Source of the DNA: Octopus vulgaris
Lineage: Eukaryota
Length of the DNA: 64,000 nucleotides
Reading direction: 5' to 3'
NCBI GenBank assembly: GCA_951406725.2
Contig: OX597831.1
Span: 45,074,001 to 45,138,000 of the forward strand
Below, piece after piece: positions 1 through 13,646 of the stretch. The position numbers and the translations under genes are program-made. How positions within the stretch are numbered: position 1 is the first letter of the stretch; the number at the start of each line of letters is the position of its first letter. The notes below the pieces were generated by a model that made no database searches, was not told the DNA's origin, and saw only the letters and a program-made list of their open reading frames with translations.

Positions 1-58
1 AAGTTGGAAAACTTGTGTAATTTTAGCGAATCAACAGACAGCGAGGCATTAACAGCTA

Positions 59-72
59 GTTACCATAGCAAC
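59..72. promoter_or_regulatory. RFX X-box-like motif
   Basis: GTTACCATAGCAAC matches the X-box consensus GTTNCCATRGNAAC. It lies upstream of a transposase remnant, so function is uncertain. Confidence 0.3.
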
Positions 73-331
73 ATATGAGTCACTGTGCTGAATCTTCTCG
101 TCTGCACGCGGTTTCTCTGTATGTTTCGATTTTGTTATTTTTGAGAAAACTTTTATAAAACGTCCATTACTTTTGCTTATATCAATTAGAATTTTATTTC
201 AGGTATTTTTCGTGAATTTTCGTAGTATTTTACATATATTTCGTGAAGTTTTACTGTTTTTATAATTTTTTCGTCATTCGTGAAGTTTTTCTGTGTTTAT
301 TTAATTTTTTATTGTTGGTAAAAGCCTAGAA

Positions 332-520
332 TGGCCGCATCCAAGTCATTTTGAAAACAGAGGTGGATGCTGCATATTTTCGAAGAGAAAAGGGGTTATC
401 CCTTAAAAAAAGGTGAAATAAATCCAGACACAATATAACTAAGAAAGTGGTTCATGGGAATTTGTACTGGCGGTGTACTCACAATGGATGTAATGAACGT
501 TTGTCAGTAAGGACAGGAAG
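332..520 (+). pseudogene. Degenerate Merlin/IS1595-like transposase N-terminus (zinc ribbon region)
   Basis: Reads EVDAAYFRREKGL, then after a frame break LYWRCTHNGCNERLSVRTG, resembling the WRC-x4-C-x4-S(I/V)R-x-G motif of Merlin transposases. Interrupted and truncated. Confidence 0.55.
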
Positions 521-592
521 AAAAAAGAAAAACCTCGAATATGACCGCCAAACCTGTCGCAAGCCACTTTTTTTTTTTCGGAAAAGAAAGGG

Positions 593-1317
593 GGATCTTT
601 TCCTTTTGAACAGCAGTTTTCAACACATCATTTTTTCTTAGCTTTATTGAAAAAATTCTATAGTTTGTGAGATATTTCCACTTTAAAATCGAGCATTTCG
701 GCAATTTTAACCAATCGCTGACCTCCATTGACGTAAACAACATGCCGTGCTGTATGAATATGTCCCTCGTTTAAGAAACAGATTGGGTTTAATTACATTT
801 GCGAAGAAAAAAAGATACCCTTCCCCACCCCTAAACAGATTGAAATGCAATAGATCGATATTAGGGTTATAATTATGGGCGACAATTTCATACGACACCG
901 CTACGGAAAATGGGATTTTTTTTCTAGCGGTGTCAAATGAAAATGTCACCCATAATTATAACCCTAGTATCGATCTATTGCATTTCAATCTGTTTTGGGG
1001 TTACGGTTAAATAGAGTTAGGGTTAGGGAAGGGTATCTTTTTTTCTTCGCAAATGTAAATAAACTCAATCTGTTTCTTAAACGAGGGACATATTCATACA
1101 GCACGGAATGTTCTTTACCTAAATGGAGGTCAGCGATTGGTTAAAATTGCCGAAATGCTCGATTTTAAAGTGGAAATATCTTACAAACAATAGAATTTTC
1201 TCAATAAAGCCAAAAAAAATGATGTTTTATAAACACATTCGACCAGTATACGAAGTTTAAAAGTATTTAGTTAACTAGAAATTGTGTTGACATATACCAT
1301 TCAAAAAGAAAAGATCC
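593..1317. mobile_element. Non-autonomous DNA transposon (Merlin-like MITE, GGATCTTTT TIR)
   Basis: Begins GGATCTTTTCCTTTTGAA and ends TTCAAAAAGAAAAGATCC; GAAAGGG(G) on both flanks; long internal inverted repeat; short TTAGGG run near 1016-1028. Confidence 0.8.
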
Positions 1318-1660
1318 GAAAGGGGGGAGGGTGGTGTGTGACCTCGAAGTTTCCCGGAACTCAGAAAAGGAAATATATGGCTGTTATTTCTAACACGCCC
1401 TGCTACCAAATAACAGTTATTTGCAATAAAGGATCCGTTGTTTTCGCAAATAGCTGCTAATGCGGGTGCATTTGTAAATATTTACTTAAACACATACAGA
1501 CAAATACATTAATATAACAAATAAATAAGTAAAAACATGACTTCATGAGGTATTTATCTTTATTTAGAAACCTACAATGAACAGGTCACATAGGGTACAA
1601 CCTTAAAGTTGACACCGTTCGCTAGAATTTATAGCAGCTGTCGTTGGCTGTTCAAGTGCG

Positions 1661-2571
1661 GAATCTTTTCCTTTTGAACGGCAGTTTTCAACACTATTTC
1701 TAGTTAACTAAACACTTTTAAACTTCGTATACTGGTAGAATGTGTTTATAAAACAATTTCATACGACACCGCTAGAAAAAAATCCCATTTTCCGTAGCGG
1801 TGTCGTATGAAATTGTCACCCGTAATTATAACCCTAGTATCGATCTATTGCATTTCAATCTATTTTAGGGTTAGGTTTAGGGGTGGGGTAGGGTATCTTT
1901 TTTTCTTCGCAAATGTAAATAAACCCAATCTGTTTCTTAAATGAGGGACATATTCATACAGCACGGCATGTTGTTTACGTCAATGGAGGTCAGCGATTGG
2001 TTAAAATTGCCGAAATGCTCGAAATTAAAGTCGAAATATGTTACAACATATAGAATTTTCGGCGATCTTTCGTCCCGTCGATTTCCGTAAAAAAAAATTT
2101 TTTTTTACATATGGGCTTGCGGCAACTTTTGAAGTAATATACATACATATACACATACACCGAGTAAAAAATTTCAGTTATCTCTTTCTTTCACACACAC
2201 TAACAGAAGCACTTCACTTACACAACATACTGTCTGTTTCCCACACCCCATCAAACACACACACACATGTACATCAATGCTTCCCCTGGACGGTAACTTC
2301 AAAAGAACTTCCCTCGTCATAAAATGGCTTTCTCTTAGTCTCTTTCGCTCTCATTACTTCAAAAGTTCCCGCAAGCCCATATGTGAAAAAAAAAAATTTT
2401 TTTACCGAAATCGACGGAAAGGTCTACTAGTGACGAAAGATTGCCGAATTTTCTCAATAAAGCCAAGAAAAAATGATGTTTTATAAACACATTCTACCAG
2501 TATACGAAGTTTAAAAGTGTTTAGTTAACTAGAAATTGTGTTGAAAACTGCCGTTCAAAAGGAAAAGATCC
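1661..2571. mobile_element. Merlin-like MITE, second copy, ~95-bp TIRs
   Basis: TIR G(A/G)ATCTTTTCCTTTTGAACGGCAGTTTTCAACA at both ends; 8-bp TSD CAAGTGCG (1653-1660 and 2572-2579). Confidence 0.9.
2061..2445. mobile_element. Nested MITE inside the 1661-2571 element
   Basis: GGCGATCTTTCGTC ... GACGAAAGATTGCC termini, subterminal CCGTCGATTTCCGTAAAA inverted repeats, 8-bp TSD GAATTTTC (2053-2060, 2446-2453). Confidence 0.85.
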
Positions 2572-3696
2572 CAAGTGCGTGTTATTAAATGGAAAAACAG
2601 TTACTTTGAATCACCATAAAACATTTTTGTGTATAAATATATTGTTTATTCTGTGTTCACCTTTTGTGGCGGAAGCATGAGGTATGATACAAAAACATGT
2701 GTGTTTACAGACAAAGAAAGTTTTGATTTTTGTTTTTGCAGTGAAAGAAGTAACATATAATATTTGTATTACAGTATGTATGCATGTGTAGAATGAGAAC
2801 AGTCATTTTGAGAATGTGTGTGTGATAAAATATCTTCGTTTACAAACCATATATCTTGTGTCGAGGTGAACAGACATGTAACACGTGGGATATTGCGCGT
2901 GGAGCTGCAATAAAGACATCTGCCTTTGACCAAGACCTGGCAGTAAATGAGATCGTTTCTACTGTATAGCTCAGAAAGAGGCTAGTATTTCAGAATGAGG
3001 TTACTGTATCAAAGCGAGGCTAGCTCAATATAATCGTCTGCTGTGTAGGTCGACCGTAGCGTCTCTGGCCACAAATTACTATGCCTAAGTTATGTAACTC
3101 TGCTACAAATTAGACAGTTTTCCGATTTTTAAACATCTGTAACTTTTCCGTCAATTTTTTTTCTCAATAAATTCTTTGGTTCAAATGATTAAGAAATGAA
3201 TACGTTTAATATGACAAGTTTTCATATTTTTTACTTCATTTTAAAAGGGGGCTGATTTTGTGACTCAAACACACTTTCTTTCTTGAGCATAAAAAAATCC
3301 GCTTCCGTGTGACAATAGTTTACATGTCAGATTGATGCACAAATTCTGGCCGTTTTGATCAGGGAAATCAAAAAGGTTTGAAATGATTTCATCGACATTT
3401 ACTTGTACCAAAGATCACTCCTTCGATAGACACAACACGTTGATCTCATAAGCGTCGCGTGGTAGAAATAAACGCAATTACCAAACTTTCTTTCATAAGA
3501 CAATTTATTGTTTCGTTTTTTTTTTTTTTTTGCATTTCAATTTGTACATTTGTACTCCCGATTTGTACTCCTTTATTTTTTTAATCATTATCTGCTGATA
3601 TCAAAATAAGTAGTATATTGAAAAACAAAAATATTTTGTAGGGGGCCATTGGTGACTCCAAGGGTCAAAAGGGGTTGAGAAACTTTGATCTATACA

Positions 3697-4084
3697 GTGA
3701 GCTGGCAGAAACTTTAGCACGCCGGGCGAAATGCGTAGCCGTATTTCGTCTGCCGTTACGTTCTGAGTTCAAATTCCGCCGAGGTCGACTTTGCCTTTCA
3801 TCCTTTCGGGGTCGATAAAATCAAGTACCAATTACGCACTGGGGTCGATGTAATTGACTTAATCCGTTTGTTCTCTCTGTGTCTAGCCCCTTGTGGGTAG
3901 TAAAGAAATAGGTATTTCGCCCGTCCACTACGTTCTGAGTTCAAATTCCGCCGAGATCAACTTTGCCTTTCATCCTTTCAGGGTCGATAAATTAAATACC
4001 AGTGAAATACTGGGGTTCATTATTTGGGCTAATTGACTAGTTCCCTCCCCCAAAATTTCAGGCTTTGTACCTATAGTAGAAAGG

Positions 4085-4120
<36 letters not shown>

Positions 4121-4330
4121 GTCATCATCAAGACAGCGAGCTGGCAGAATCGTTAGCGCGCCGAGCAAGATGCTTAGCGGCATTTCGTCCGTCTGTACGT
4201 TCTGAGTTCAAAGTCCACCTAGGTCAACTTGGCCTTTCATCCTTTCTGGGACGGTAAAACAATTGCCTATTGAGCACTGGGGTTGATGTAATCGACTCAC
4301 CCGCATCCCCATTCCTCGACCTTGCTAGCC
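3697..4330 (+). mobile_element. tRNA-derived SINE cluster (GAGCTGGCAGAA head family), partly tandem
   Basis: Head GAGCTGGCAGAAAC, B-box GAGTTCAAATTCC, body GTCGACTTTGCCTTTCATCCTTTCGGGGTCGAT; three partial copies, with a (CAT)n tract before the third. Confidence 0.85.
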
Positions 4331-4656
4331 TTATAATTGTTTCAAATTATAAATAATTTATAATGTATAATTATTTATAATTTGAAACGATATAAGTCAG
4401 TTAGGGTTATTTCATTTGCGTAATACGTATACAGGACCGGGGCTGTATTCTTCTCTAACGAGAGGACCCCTATTTGTGTGTTTATCACTATTAGTTTATT
4501 GATTTTGATTTTTAATTTGTTATTCTGGGTATTTTATAAATTTGTTTTATGTCCTTGAGTAAATCATTAATTTTCGCAATATATTTGTATCTGTTCATCA
4601 TTACGTGCAAGTTAGTTTTCTCACGCTCACACATTAACACACACGCACACACAGAC

Positions 4657-4688
<32 letters not shown>

Positions 4689-5807
4689 GGGAGAGAGAGA
4701 GAGAGAGAGGAGAGTAGGTTGGTACATAAATACATTCATGGATATGTATAAATATTTGTATATACTTGTCTTCTTCGTAGATACGCATAGACACACACGC
4801 ATACATATGTACGTATGTATTTTTGTATGTATGTGTGTGTGTAATGAACAAACAAAGAGTTTATCTATTGACCATTTGTATATATATGCGTCTATATATC
4901 TATATCTATCTACACGCACACACGTGTGTGTCAGAGAAAAGAGAAAGTGAGATAATTATCTTTCTCACTTATCACTCAGTGTATATCTAATTAAAAATAC
5001 GCCAGATTTGCGAATGTGAATATTTCCAGAAACTGCAAAGCTACATTAACCGAATTGTATAAGAAAATAAGAATCAACAACACTGACAGGCAGAATCAAT
5101 ACAAAAGAGCTTTACCATTTCTAAATTAGCGCTAATTTATTTTGTTTAGTAAGCATTAAAAAAAAAATCTAATAAGAAATACTTATGCGTTGAGGAAAAG
5201 ACAACACTAACCCAATGACTAATATTTTTTTAAATTATGAAACTGAAGTAGCTTGAGATAAAAAAAAAAATCTTTATTTGTATGACATACTTAGCGTATG
5301 TCGTAGAAAAGCTACTATAGCGAAGGTAAAGTAAGGGAGACAACTCCAGACGTGCTTCAGTTTTTATTAAACCTGCTCAGCAAAGCATAATGGGGTCGAT
5401 GAAACAAGTACCAGTTACGCACTAGGGTCGATGTAACCGACTTAATCCCTTTGTCTGACCTTGTTTGTCCCCTCTATGTTTAGCCCCCTGTGGGCAATAA
5501 AGAAATTTTAAAAAATCTTTTCTGCATTTACCATACTTAGGTTTTGAGTTCAAAATACCAAACCAGACTGATTTTGCCTTTCAGACTTTCAAGGCTGGTA
5601 CAATAAGTGCCTATCAAATACCAGGACAAAATTTTGACTGCCGTCATTCCCATATTTAAGACCTTCTGCCTATGTCAATAATTCTTAAAATCATTAAGGC
5701 ATTTGAAAGCACAAGATTAAGATAATCGTTAGAGCGACGGATAATATACTTTCTGGTATTAGTTCAGGTCCTTTACGGTTTTTACAGATAATTTGCATTA
5801 TTTAAAC

Positions 5808-6522
5808 CTGAAATGAACTAAGAGAAACATCTTAGAGTGGTACGTATTTGAATAACCACAACGAATAAAGGTATATTTAGTACCATACAAGGTAATTTTT
5901 AATTTATTGAAATTCATTTCTACGTCCAGAGAAGGTAAATAATCGCTTGGTAACAACTGAGATCAGCTCGAATTAAAAAGAGGAGATAATCTCAATCATC
6001 GAGAATTCTCCAGGCCATTAAAGAAAAGACAGTTTGTTTGTCTGGAGACAAGTGACACGCCACTGGCCGCTATGAGTTATTTCCCTTCGCACATTTTCGT
6101 TTAAATCATTCAAATTACACTGGCCATTAATGTTTTTAACTGTGTTTTTTTTTTTTTGTATATATGTCTACGTATTCTGTCAAGAGGAAACGAAAGGAGG
6201 ATAACTATTGCGCTAACGACGCCTCTTGATGCAGAAACACGTATCGGCATACATGCAGGTATCTTTTTTATCCCCAGGCAATCAAATTGTCTTGTCCTCC
6301 CTAGCGTGTCAATTTTGGAATTTTGAATCACGAGATTATCTCCCCTTTTCATTGAGTTGGTTCTAATTGCGACTGGCTGAATATTTTACCTTCTCTAGTA
6401 CGGAGATACTTTCAATAAATCAATAATTTATATTTTATAGTATTTAATACACACCTACTTATCTTCGTTGTTTAGTTATCTGCCTCTGGTCACTCGAGAG
6501 TTATTTTTCTAGGCTTATTTTC
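5808..6522. mobile_element. Old fold-back/MITE with degenerate ~190-bp inverted arms
   Basis: AGAGAAGGTAAA..GGAGATAATCTC (5928-5992) mirrored by GAGATTATCTCC..TTTACCTTCTCT (6332-6396); weaker similarity extends outward. Confidence 0.6.
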
Positions 6523-6564
6523 GTTTGCGTGTGTGTGCACGCGCATTTGTGTGTGTATGTATGT

Positions 6565-7031
6565 TAATGTAAATCCTCGAGTATAGTCCGCCCTTGAGTA
6601 TAATACGCAGGGTTTTTTTTAGGAGGCTGTACTTCTGAAAAACCTAAACCTTGTGTATAATACGTACTCCTTCTCTAACTTGAGTCGTGCATAATTAAGC
6701 CAGCAGCACCTAGTCGAACAAACACTTCCGCGCATACGTAATACAATAATGGTGATGTTCTTAACTGTTATATGGGAATGTAAATATGTTTGCTAAGTGC
6801 TTTTGTTACATGTTATTCTGTGTTCTGAACACTTTCGGGCTTAGCTTAAGGTATTTTCGTGCTCGACATCAAAAAATGTGCCTGAATAAATTTTGCCGGA
6901 CAGCAAATAGAGACTCGGACATTGCTTAGAAAATATTTTTAAAATTTTAACCTCGTATATAGTACGCACTAGGGATTTTAACCTTTAAATTTTGAGGAAA
7001 AAATGCGGATTATACTCGAGGATTTGCGGTA
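6565..7031. mobile_element. Tc1/pogo-type MITE (TIR CCGTAAATCCTCGAGTATA)
   Basis: TIRs at both ends with TA flanks; inverted homologue at 50734-51211. Confidence 0.8.
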
Positions 7032-7034
7032 TTT

Positions 7035-7541
7035 TTAGTTTCATTTCTAGATTTCTTACTAATGTTAAAAGATCCGGTCTCTAACCTAGATCGGAGGCTC
7101 CTTCACTGGAATTTCAACAACATCAACAGGGTAGTTGTGCAAGTATGAGTGCAAATATTTGGAGTCAGTTCAAGTACACATCTCTATGTTTTGTTTTAGG
7201 TACGTTTATATGTATATTTGCATGTCTAGAAATGGGCATATGTATTTATACATGCTAAACTTTCGGAAAATTTTGCATATTTTCACAGTTCCACTGATGA
7301 CTTACACCTGTAGTCTTCTAATTAACCTTTTCCTTTCTGTTTGTGAGATCCTTAATTTCTCAGGATTGATATTGAGGCGGTGTGTTACATATCCTAGCAC
7401 TTCATTAACTACAGGTGTAAACCTGAGTTTGTAATTCGGTTGGAGTAGCTTTAAATTGCTCAGTAGTTCAGCACATATGTTTTCGTTCTCGCTGATCTTC
7501 AGCTTTATGTTAACATCCGCTGGGCAACAGATTTCCACTGT
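7035..7541 (-). mobile_element. 5'-truncated R4-like (REL endonuclease) non-LTR retrotransposon 3' end
   Basis: Minus frame VEICCPADVNIKLKISENENICAELLSNLKLLQPNYKLRFTPVVNEVLGYVTH, homologous to the ORF at 46715-47140; abuts (TATG)n. Confidence 0.8.
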
Positions 7542-8094
7542 ATGTATGTATGTATGTATGTATGTATGTATGTATGTATGTATGTATGTATGTATGTATG
7601 TATGTATGTATGAATGAATGTATGTATGCATGCATGTATGTATGTATATATTTATGTATGCATATATGTGTGTGTGAGAGGTGTCTGTCTGTATGTATGT
7701 ATGTATTATGTATGCATGCATGCATGTATGTATGCATGCATGCATATATATGTGTGAGAGGGGTGTCTGTCTGTCTGTATGTATGTATGCATGTATGTAT
7801 GTATGTATGTATGTATGCATGCATGTATGTATGTATGTACGTATATATGTATGCATATATGTGTGTGTGTGAGGTGTCTGTCTGTCTTTATGTATGTACG
7901 CATGCATGCATGAGGGGTGTCTGTATGTATGTATGCATGCATGCATATATGTGTGTGTGAGGGGTGTATGTATGTATGTATGTATGCATGCATATATATG
8001 TGTGTGAGGGGTGTATGTATGTATGTATGTATGCATGCATGTATGTATGTATGCATGTATGTATGTATGCATGTATGTATGTATGTGTGTGTGT
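7540..8094. repeat. (TATG)n/(TGCA) compound microsatellite
   Basis: Direct reading. Confidence 0.95.
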
Positions 8095-8339
8095 TTTCTT
8101 TTATTCTTTATTCTTTTACTCGTTTTAGTCATTTGGCTGCGGCCATGCCGAAGCACCGCCTTAAAGGATGTTAGTCGAAGAAATCAACACCAGGGTGTAT
8201 TCTTTGTAAGCCTAGTAGTTATCCTATCGGTCTTTTTTGCCGAATCGCTAAGTTACGGGGATGTAAACACACCAGCATTAGTTGTCAAGCGATGGCAGGG
8301 TACAAACACAGACACACACACGCACACACAAATATATAT

Positions 8340-8870
8340 GTAAGTAGAGTTAGCAGTTGGAATAACCATCTAAGGGATAAGAATATCCGTTCTTACAACC
8401 GGTATCAATTACCTATGTTAACCCTGGGCATGGGTATGCAAGCATACTATGCTCATAGGGTACAGGTAATAACAGAATAAACAAGAGTTTATCATGAATC
8501 AAATTTAAGCAAGCAGAAAATGCAGAAAACTTTTAATCAGCAAACAAACAAATTGACCAACATCAGTTAATTATTTTTCAATACAAAACTTCACATTGCT
8601 TACGGCCGTTTCGGCTACCAGTGTCAGTCGATACCTACAAAGAAAATTCCGAAAATAATATTCGTCATTCGATCTAGTACATGGAGCGTCATCCGAATGA
8701 ATACAAATACATAAAATTAAAGAAAGGTAGTGGAAAGAAGAAAGAACAGGACCTCAAGATGAGGCAAGAAGGATCAATAAATTAGAATCATACCATTTTG
8801 CAGTGTGAAACTTGAAGTCAATGGGCAAAAGAGTAAACTTGCAAATAATCTAGAAAATTATTAGTGGGTT
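8340..8870 (-). mobile_element. Probable Penelope-like fragment with degenerate hammerhead motif
   Basis: Starts at a (TA)n tract that truncates a SINE; minus strand has CGGATGA ... GCC GAAA CGGCCG TA (8594-8699). Confidence 0.45.
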
Positions 8871-8881
8871 ATCTCTTTTAT

Positions 8882-9260
8882 GGAAGCACTCCGTCGGTTA
8901 CGACGATGAGGGTTCCGGTTGATCCGATCAACGGAACAGCCTGCTCGTGAAATTAACGTGTAAGTGGCTGAGCACTCCACAGATACGTGTACCCTTAACG
9001 TAGTTCTCGGGGATATTCAGCGTGACACAAGAGAGTGACAAGGCCGGCCCTTTGAAATACAGGTACAACAGAAATAGGAAGTAAGAGTGAGAGAAAGTTG
9101 TGGTGAAAGAGTACAGCAGGGATCACCACCATCCCCTGCCGGAGCCTCGTGGAGCTTTAGGTGTTTTCGCTCAATAAACACTCACAACTACCGGGAATCG
9201 AAACCGCGATCCTACGACCGCGAGTCCGCTGCCCTAACCACTGGGCCATTGCGCCTCCAC
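8882..9260 (-). mobile_element. tRNA-derived SINE (GTGGAGGCGCAATGGCCCAGTGG head)
   Basis: A and B boxes on minus strand; TSD TATCTCTTTTAT on both sides; related copies at 47283, 51650 and 59025. Confidence 0.9.
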
Positions 9261-9703
9261 TATCTCTTTTATAGGGGTACTCGGGAATATAATTAATAGT
9301 AAAATAAAACTAGTGCTTAAGTAAAATAGGAAACGTCGATAAGTCGAGAGAAAGGGTAGTATTTGTGATTTCATAAATAGAACTAATTAATATTTATCCA
9401 AAAACATACGCGTAAATTTTTTTATAATAGTGTACTTTTATAATAATGTAGAGACCAACCACCTGTTGTCCGTAATGGAATTGACCAAAGTCCAGCCATC
9501 TCTACAATTGGTCAGTTACATTTAAAACCAGCTTCAATAATCTTATCCGAGAAAAAGAATAAAAAAACATTCTTTTTTTTTGTTGAAAATTTATCTTTGA
9601 CTTAAATGCCTCAATTATATAAATGTAAATATAACTGTCCAACTATACGGGAGAGGTATAACGAACATACATACATACATACATACATACATACATACAT
9701 ACA

Positions 9704-9737
<34 letters not shown>

Positions 9738-9741
9738 CATG

Positions 9742-9809
<68 letters not shown>

Positions 9810-9902
9810 CATACATACATACATACATACATACATACGTGTGTGTGTGTGAGAGAGAGAGAAAGAGAGAGAGAGAATGTGTGTGTGTGTGGCGTGGTGT
9901 GT

Positions 9903-9941
<39 letters not shown>

Positions 9942-10369
9942 ATTTTTTAATGCTCTTTTTCTGTTCCCGTTATCGGACTTCAATCGGACCGAGGCTCCGC
10001 CTTCAATGGTTTTCTTCGATTATATCGATCCCAGTATTCTTTTTCAATATAATACTTACTTGATCGATCTCTATTTACTGAATGGCTAATTTCTCTTTCC
10101 GCATAAATGAACATCACTCAACAAAATTACTTTTCATCGCCGCCCCGATTCACTACCTCACACACATACCCACACGCCCTCCACTCCAATACACATACAC
10201 ACACAGGCGCACACACTCACACACACATGCTCACATCCGAATGCGTGCATATTTGGTTATAGAAATGAAAGAAATACATGTAGTAAAATAGACATCAACG
10301 TATCATACATAAAGTATAAACACTATCAATAAGTCTGAGATAACATCTCTTTTACACGTGCTATGTTAA

Positions 10370-11000
10370 AAATAGTGTGTATACTTTAAGTATGATAGTT
10401 AGAAGACTAATTTAATACTACTTCAGCAGAGTGGTTGTTCACAAAATCAGTAAATGTTTTATTCACTTTTGCCTATATTAGAGGCGACAAATTCTAGATC
10501 GAGCATGTGGCTGGCTGCAAGTACGCGCTATTTAAAAGGCTCCAAAAGGCCCAGATGCATCAAGCGTTCTCGCTGGTTGCTCTTGGAAAGAATTTTCATT
10601 TCCCTCTGGTATTTATAGCGTTTTTAAAGCAGTTCTTCTGTAACAGGTGCTATATCAGGCAAATACTACAATACCTGGCCTGTTGATAGTGTATATTCGT
10701 TAAGTATGATTGCATATACTGGATTTTTATTCAGTCAGGCGACTATTTGCAACATCAGTGAATGCTTTATTCCTTGTTTCCTATATCAGCATGTAGCTGG
10801 CTGTGAGTACACGCTATTGAAAAGGCTCCCAAAAGTCGAAATGCATCAAGAATTCTTGCAGGCTGCAGCTGGGGAGAATTTTCATGTCCGTCTGAATATT
10901 TATAGTGTTTTTAATGCAGTTCTTCCATAAAAGATATTATATCGGGAAAAATAGTGCAGTAACTGGCCTATCGATAGAGTGTGTACTTTAAGTATTATAT
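10370..11000. repeat. Diverged tandem duplication, ~290-bp period
   Basis: AGCATGT(G/A)GCTGGCTG..GCTATT..AAAAGGCTCC..ATGCATCAAG..GAATTTTCAT..TATTTATAG recurs at an offset of 286 nt. Confidence 0.85.
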
Positions 11001-11415
11001 GTTGATGGCTGTTTTAATTTAATACTGTTTCAATTGCGTCTACCGGACGCGTTGTAGTGTTGTTTATTCACTTGAAACTGAGAATTCATTCTATCGGTAC
11101 TCCAAGTTGTTTTTGTTTTATTTTGTGTGCGCACGCGTGTGTGTATAGGTGGGGAGTTGCAATCCTTCAAGTAACAAGTATTGATTTCAAATGTTGGCAC
11201 AAGGTCGGCAATGTTGGGGTGGGGGGGAGGTAAGTCGTTTACATTGACCCCAGTACTCAACTAGTACTTATTTTATCTACCCCGAAAGTATAAAAGGGAA
11301 AATCGACTTCTGCTGAATTTGAACTCAGAACGTAAAGACAGGCGAAGCATTTTGCCCGGCGTGCTAACGAATCTACCAAAAACTTTAATTGCTAGAAAAC
11401 TTATTTTTATTCTGC

Positions 11416-12731
11416 ACTAGCAGTATCGCCCGGCGTTGCTCGGGTTTGGAAGGGAAATAACTATATAAGCATTTTTAGAGAGTTATAGCCAAAAAATAGC
11501 AAAAAAATGCATTAAAAATGGAAAAAATATGATGGTAAATTTTTTTTAAATCGTTGACTCATCGTAGAAATTTTTAGAGAGTTACTTCCCTTATATAATA
11601 GCGAAAAAATGCATTAAAATGGAAAAAAAACGATGGTAAATTTTTTTTTAAATCGTAGACTCATGTAGACGCTTTCTTAGCCATTTCTGTTTTGGTGTCT
11701 TCAAGCCATGAAGTCGTTGTTCTAAAAGAACGCTGGTCTCCTTGACAACGCATTACGACGTTGATTTCCTTACACTCCCTTCCCCACAGGTGCAGGTGTG
11801 AGCGTGGACGCCAACTCCGCCGCCATCGACACACGAAAAATTATGCATTAAAATGGAATAAAAAATGATGTTAAATTATTTTTAAAATCGTAGACTCATC
11901 GTAGACGCGCGCTAATACTCAGACGGGCTCGATATGAATCACGACTATAAGCTACCCGAATTTGGTTAAACTGTACCGCAAAATGTGGGAGTAGTTAGGA
12001 ATCTAAATCGAAGGGGACAGATACTCACACAACTACAGTTTTATATATATAGACTAGCAGTATCGCCCGGCGTTGCTCGGGTTTGTAAGGGAAATAACTA
12101 TATAAGCATTTTTAGAGAGTTATAGCAAAAAAATTAGCAAAAAAATGCATTAAAAATGGAATAAAAAATTATGGTAATTTTTTTTTTAATCGTTGACTCA
12201 TCGTAGACATTTTTAGAGAGTTACTTCCCTTATATAATAGCGAAAAAATGCATTAAGATGGAAAAAATGATGGTAAATTTTTTTTAAATCGTAGACTCAT
12301 CGTAGACGCTTTCTTAGCCATTTCTGTTTTGGTGTCTTCAAGCCATGAAGTCGTTGTTCTAAAAGAACGCTGGTCTCCTCGACAACGCATTACGACGTTG
12401 ATTTCCTTGCACTCCCTTCCCCACAGCTTCACGAGGGAGGGAAGAAGGGGGGAAAGCAACACAGGTGCAGATGTGAGCATGGACGCCAACTCCGCCGCCA
12501 TCGACACACGAAAAATTATGCATTAAAATGGAATAAAAAAATGATGTTAAATTATTTTTTAAAATCGTAGACTCATCGTAGACGCGCGCTAATAGCCAGA
12601 CGGGCTCGATATGAATCCCGACTATAAGATACCCGAATTTGGTTAAACTGCACCGCAAAATGTGGGAGGAGTTAGGAATCTAAATCGTAGGAGACAGACA
12701 CTCACACAACTACAGTTTTATATATAAAGAT
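11416..12731 (+). mobile_element. Two head-to-tail Helitron/Helentron-like non-autonomous elements
   Basis: Each starts ACTAGCAGTATCGCCCGGCGTTGCTCGGG (5' hairpin) and ends TTTTATATATA(T/A)AGA; no TSD; copies at 11416-12052 and 12053-12731. Confidence 0.75.
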
Positions 12732-12903
12732 ATACATAGCGCAGTAGTGGTGAGATGTGACAGCAAAGAAAAGCATACATTCACTCTCTGCATGCAATTA
12801 GACTCGGAAAGTTCGTGAGGAACCCATTGACCCAATTTGCTGACTTTTCCGATAGCACACAGGTCTCAATGAATGGTTGAATGACCAAATCCAAGCTTCT
12901 CTG

Positions 12904-13176
12904 CTAGTTCCTCAACAACATTACGATGAGATTTTGTTCCACCAGGGTTTTCAGGATGTCCTTGTCGAGTTCTACAGATCTTTCAGGATGAGGCTCGTCT
13001 TCTAGGCTGTAGTTTATGGCTCGGAATTTCTGGAACCACCATTGACACTGCCTTACGCTTATTGTCAAATCCCCATATACTGCATTAATATTTCTTGTAC
13101 TTTCCGTTGCGTTGTTGTCTTTATTGAACTCATAAAGCAAAATATGCCAAATATGCTCCCTTGTTACTTCCAACAT
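12904..13176 (-). pseudogene. mariner transposase N-terminal HTH remnant
   Basis: [62 protein letters not shown] matches the Mos1/SETMAR-type HTH; truncated. Confidence 0.9.
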
Positions 13177-13596
13177 AGCTTTGAAAAAAATAGCTGTTAA
13201 AATCGAAATGCACTCTTCAAAACTTGCACTATGAATAAGGACAAGATAAAATTACTACCTGCTTTTATAGCAAGTTAATATAAGTAGTTTATCCCATTCC
13301 ACTCTGACTTTTAGTTCAAGCTGTTGAAAAAACCGCATTATTATATATATATACATACATACATACATACATATACACACACACTCTCTCTCTCACACAC
13401 ATGCACACATTTATATTCTGTTATTCTTTTATATGTTTCAGCCTTGAGGTTGTGGCCATGCTGGATCATGTGTGTGTGTGTGTGTGTGTGTGTCTATCTG
13501 TCTGTCTGTCTGTATGTATATATGTATATGTATGTGTGTGAACAATAATATTTTCAACAGATGTGTTGCAAATGTATCTGATTGTTCTCAAGCTTC

Positions 13597-13646
<50 letters not shown>

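Noticed and set aside
4033-4257. Poly-His ORF
   Set aside because: (CAT)n tract between SINE copies.
5345-5388. Minus-strand CTGAGCA..GAAGCACGTC hammerhead-like pattern
   Set aside because: Too many core substitutions to distinguish from chance.
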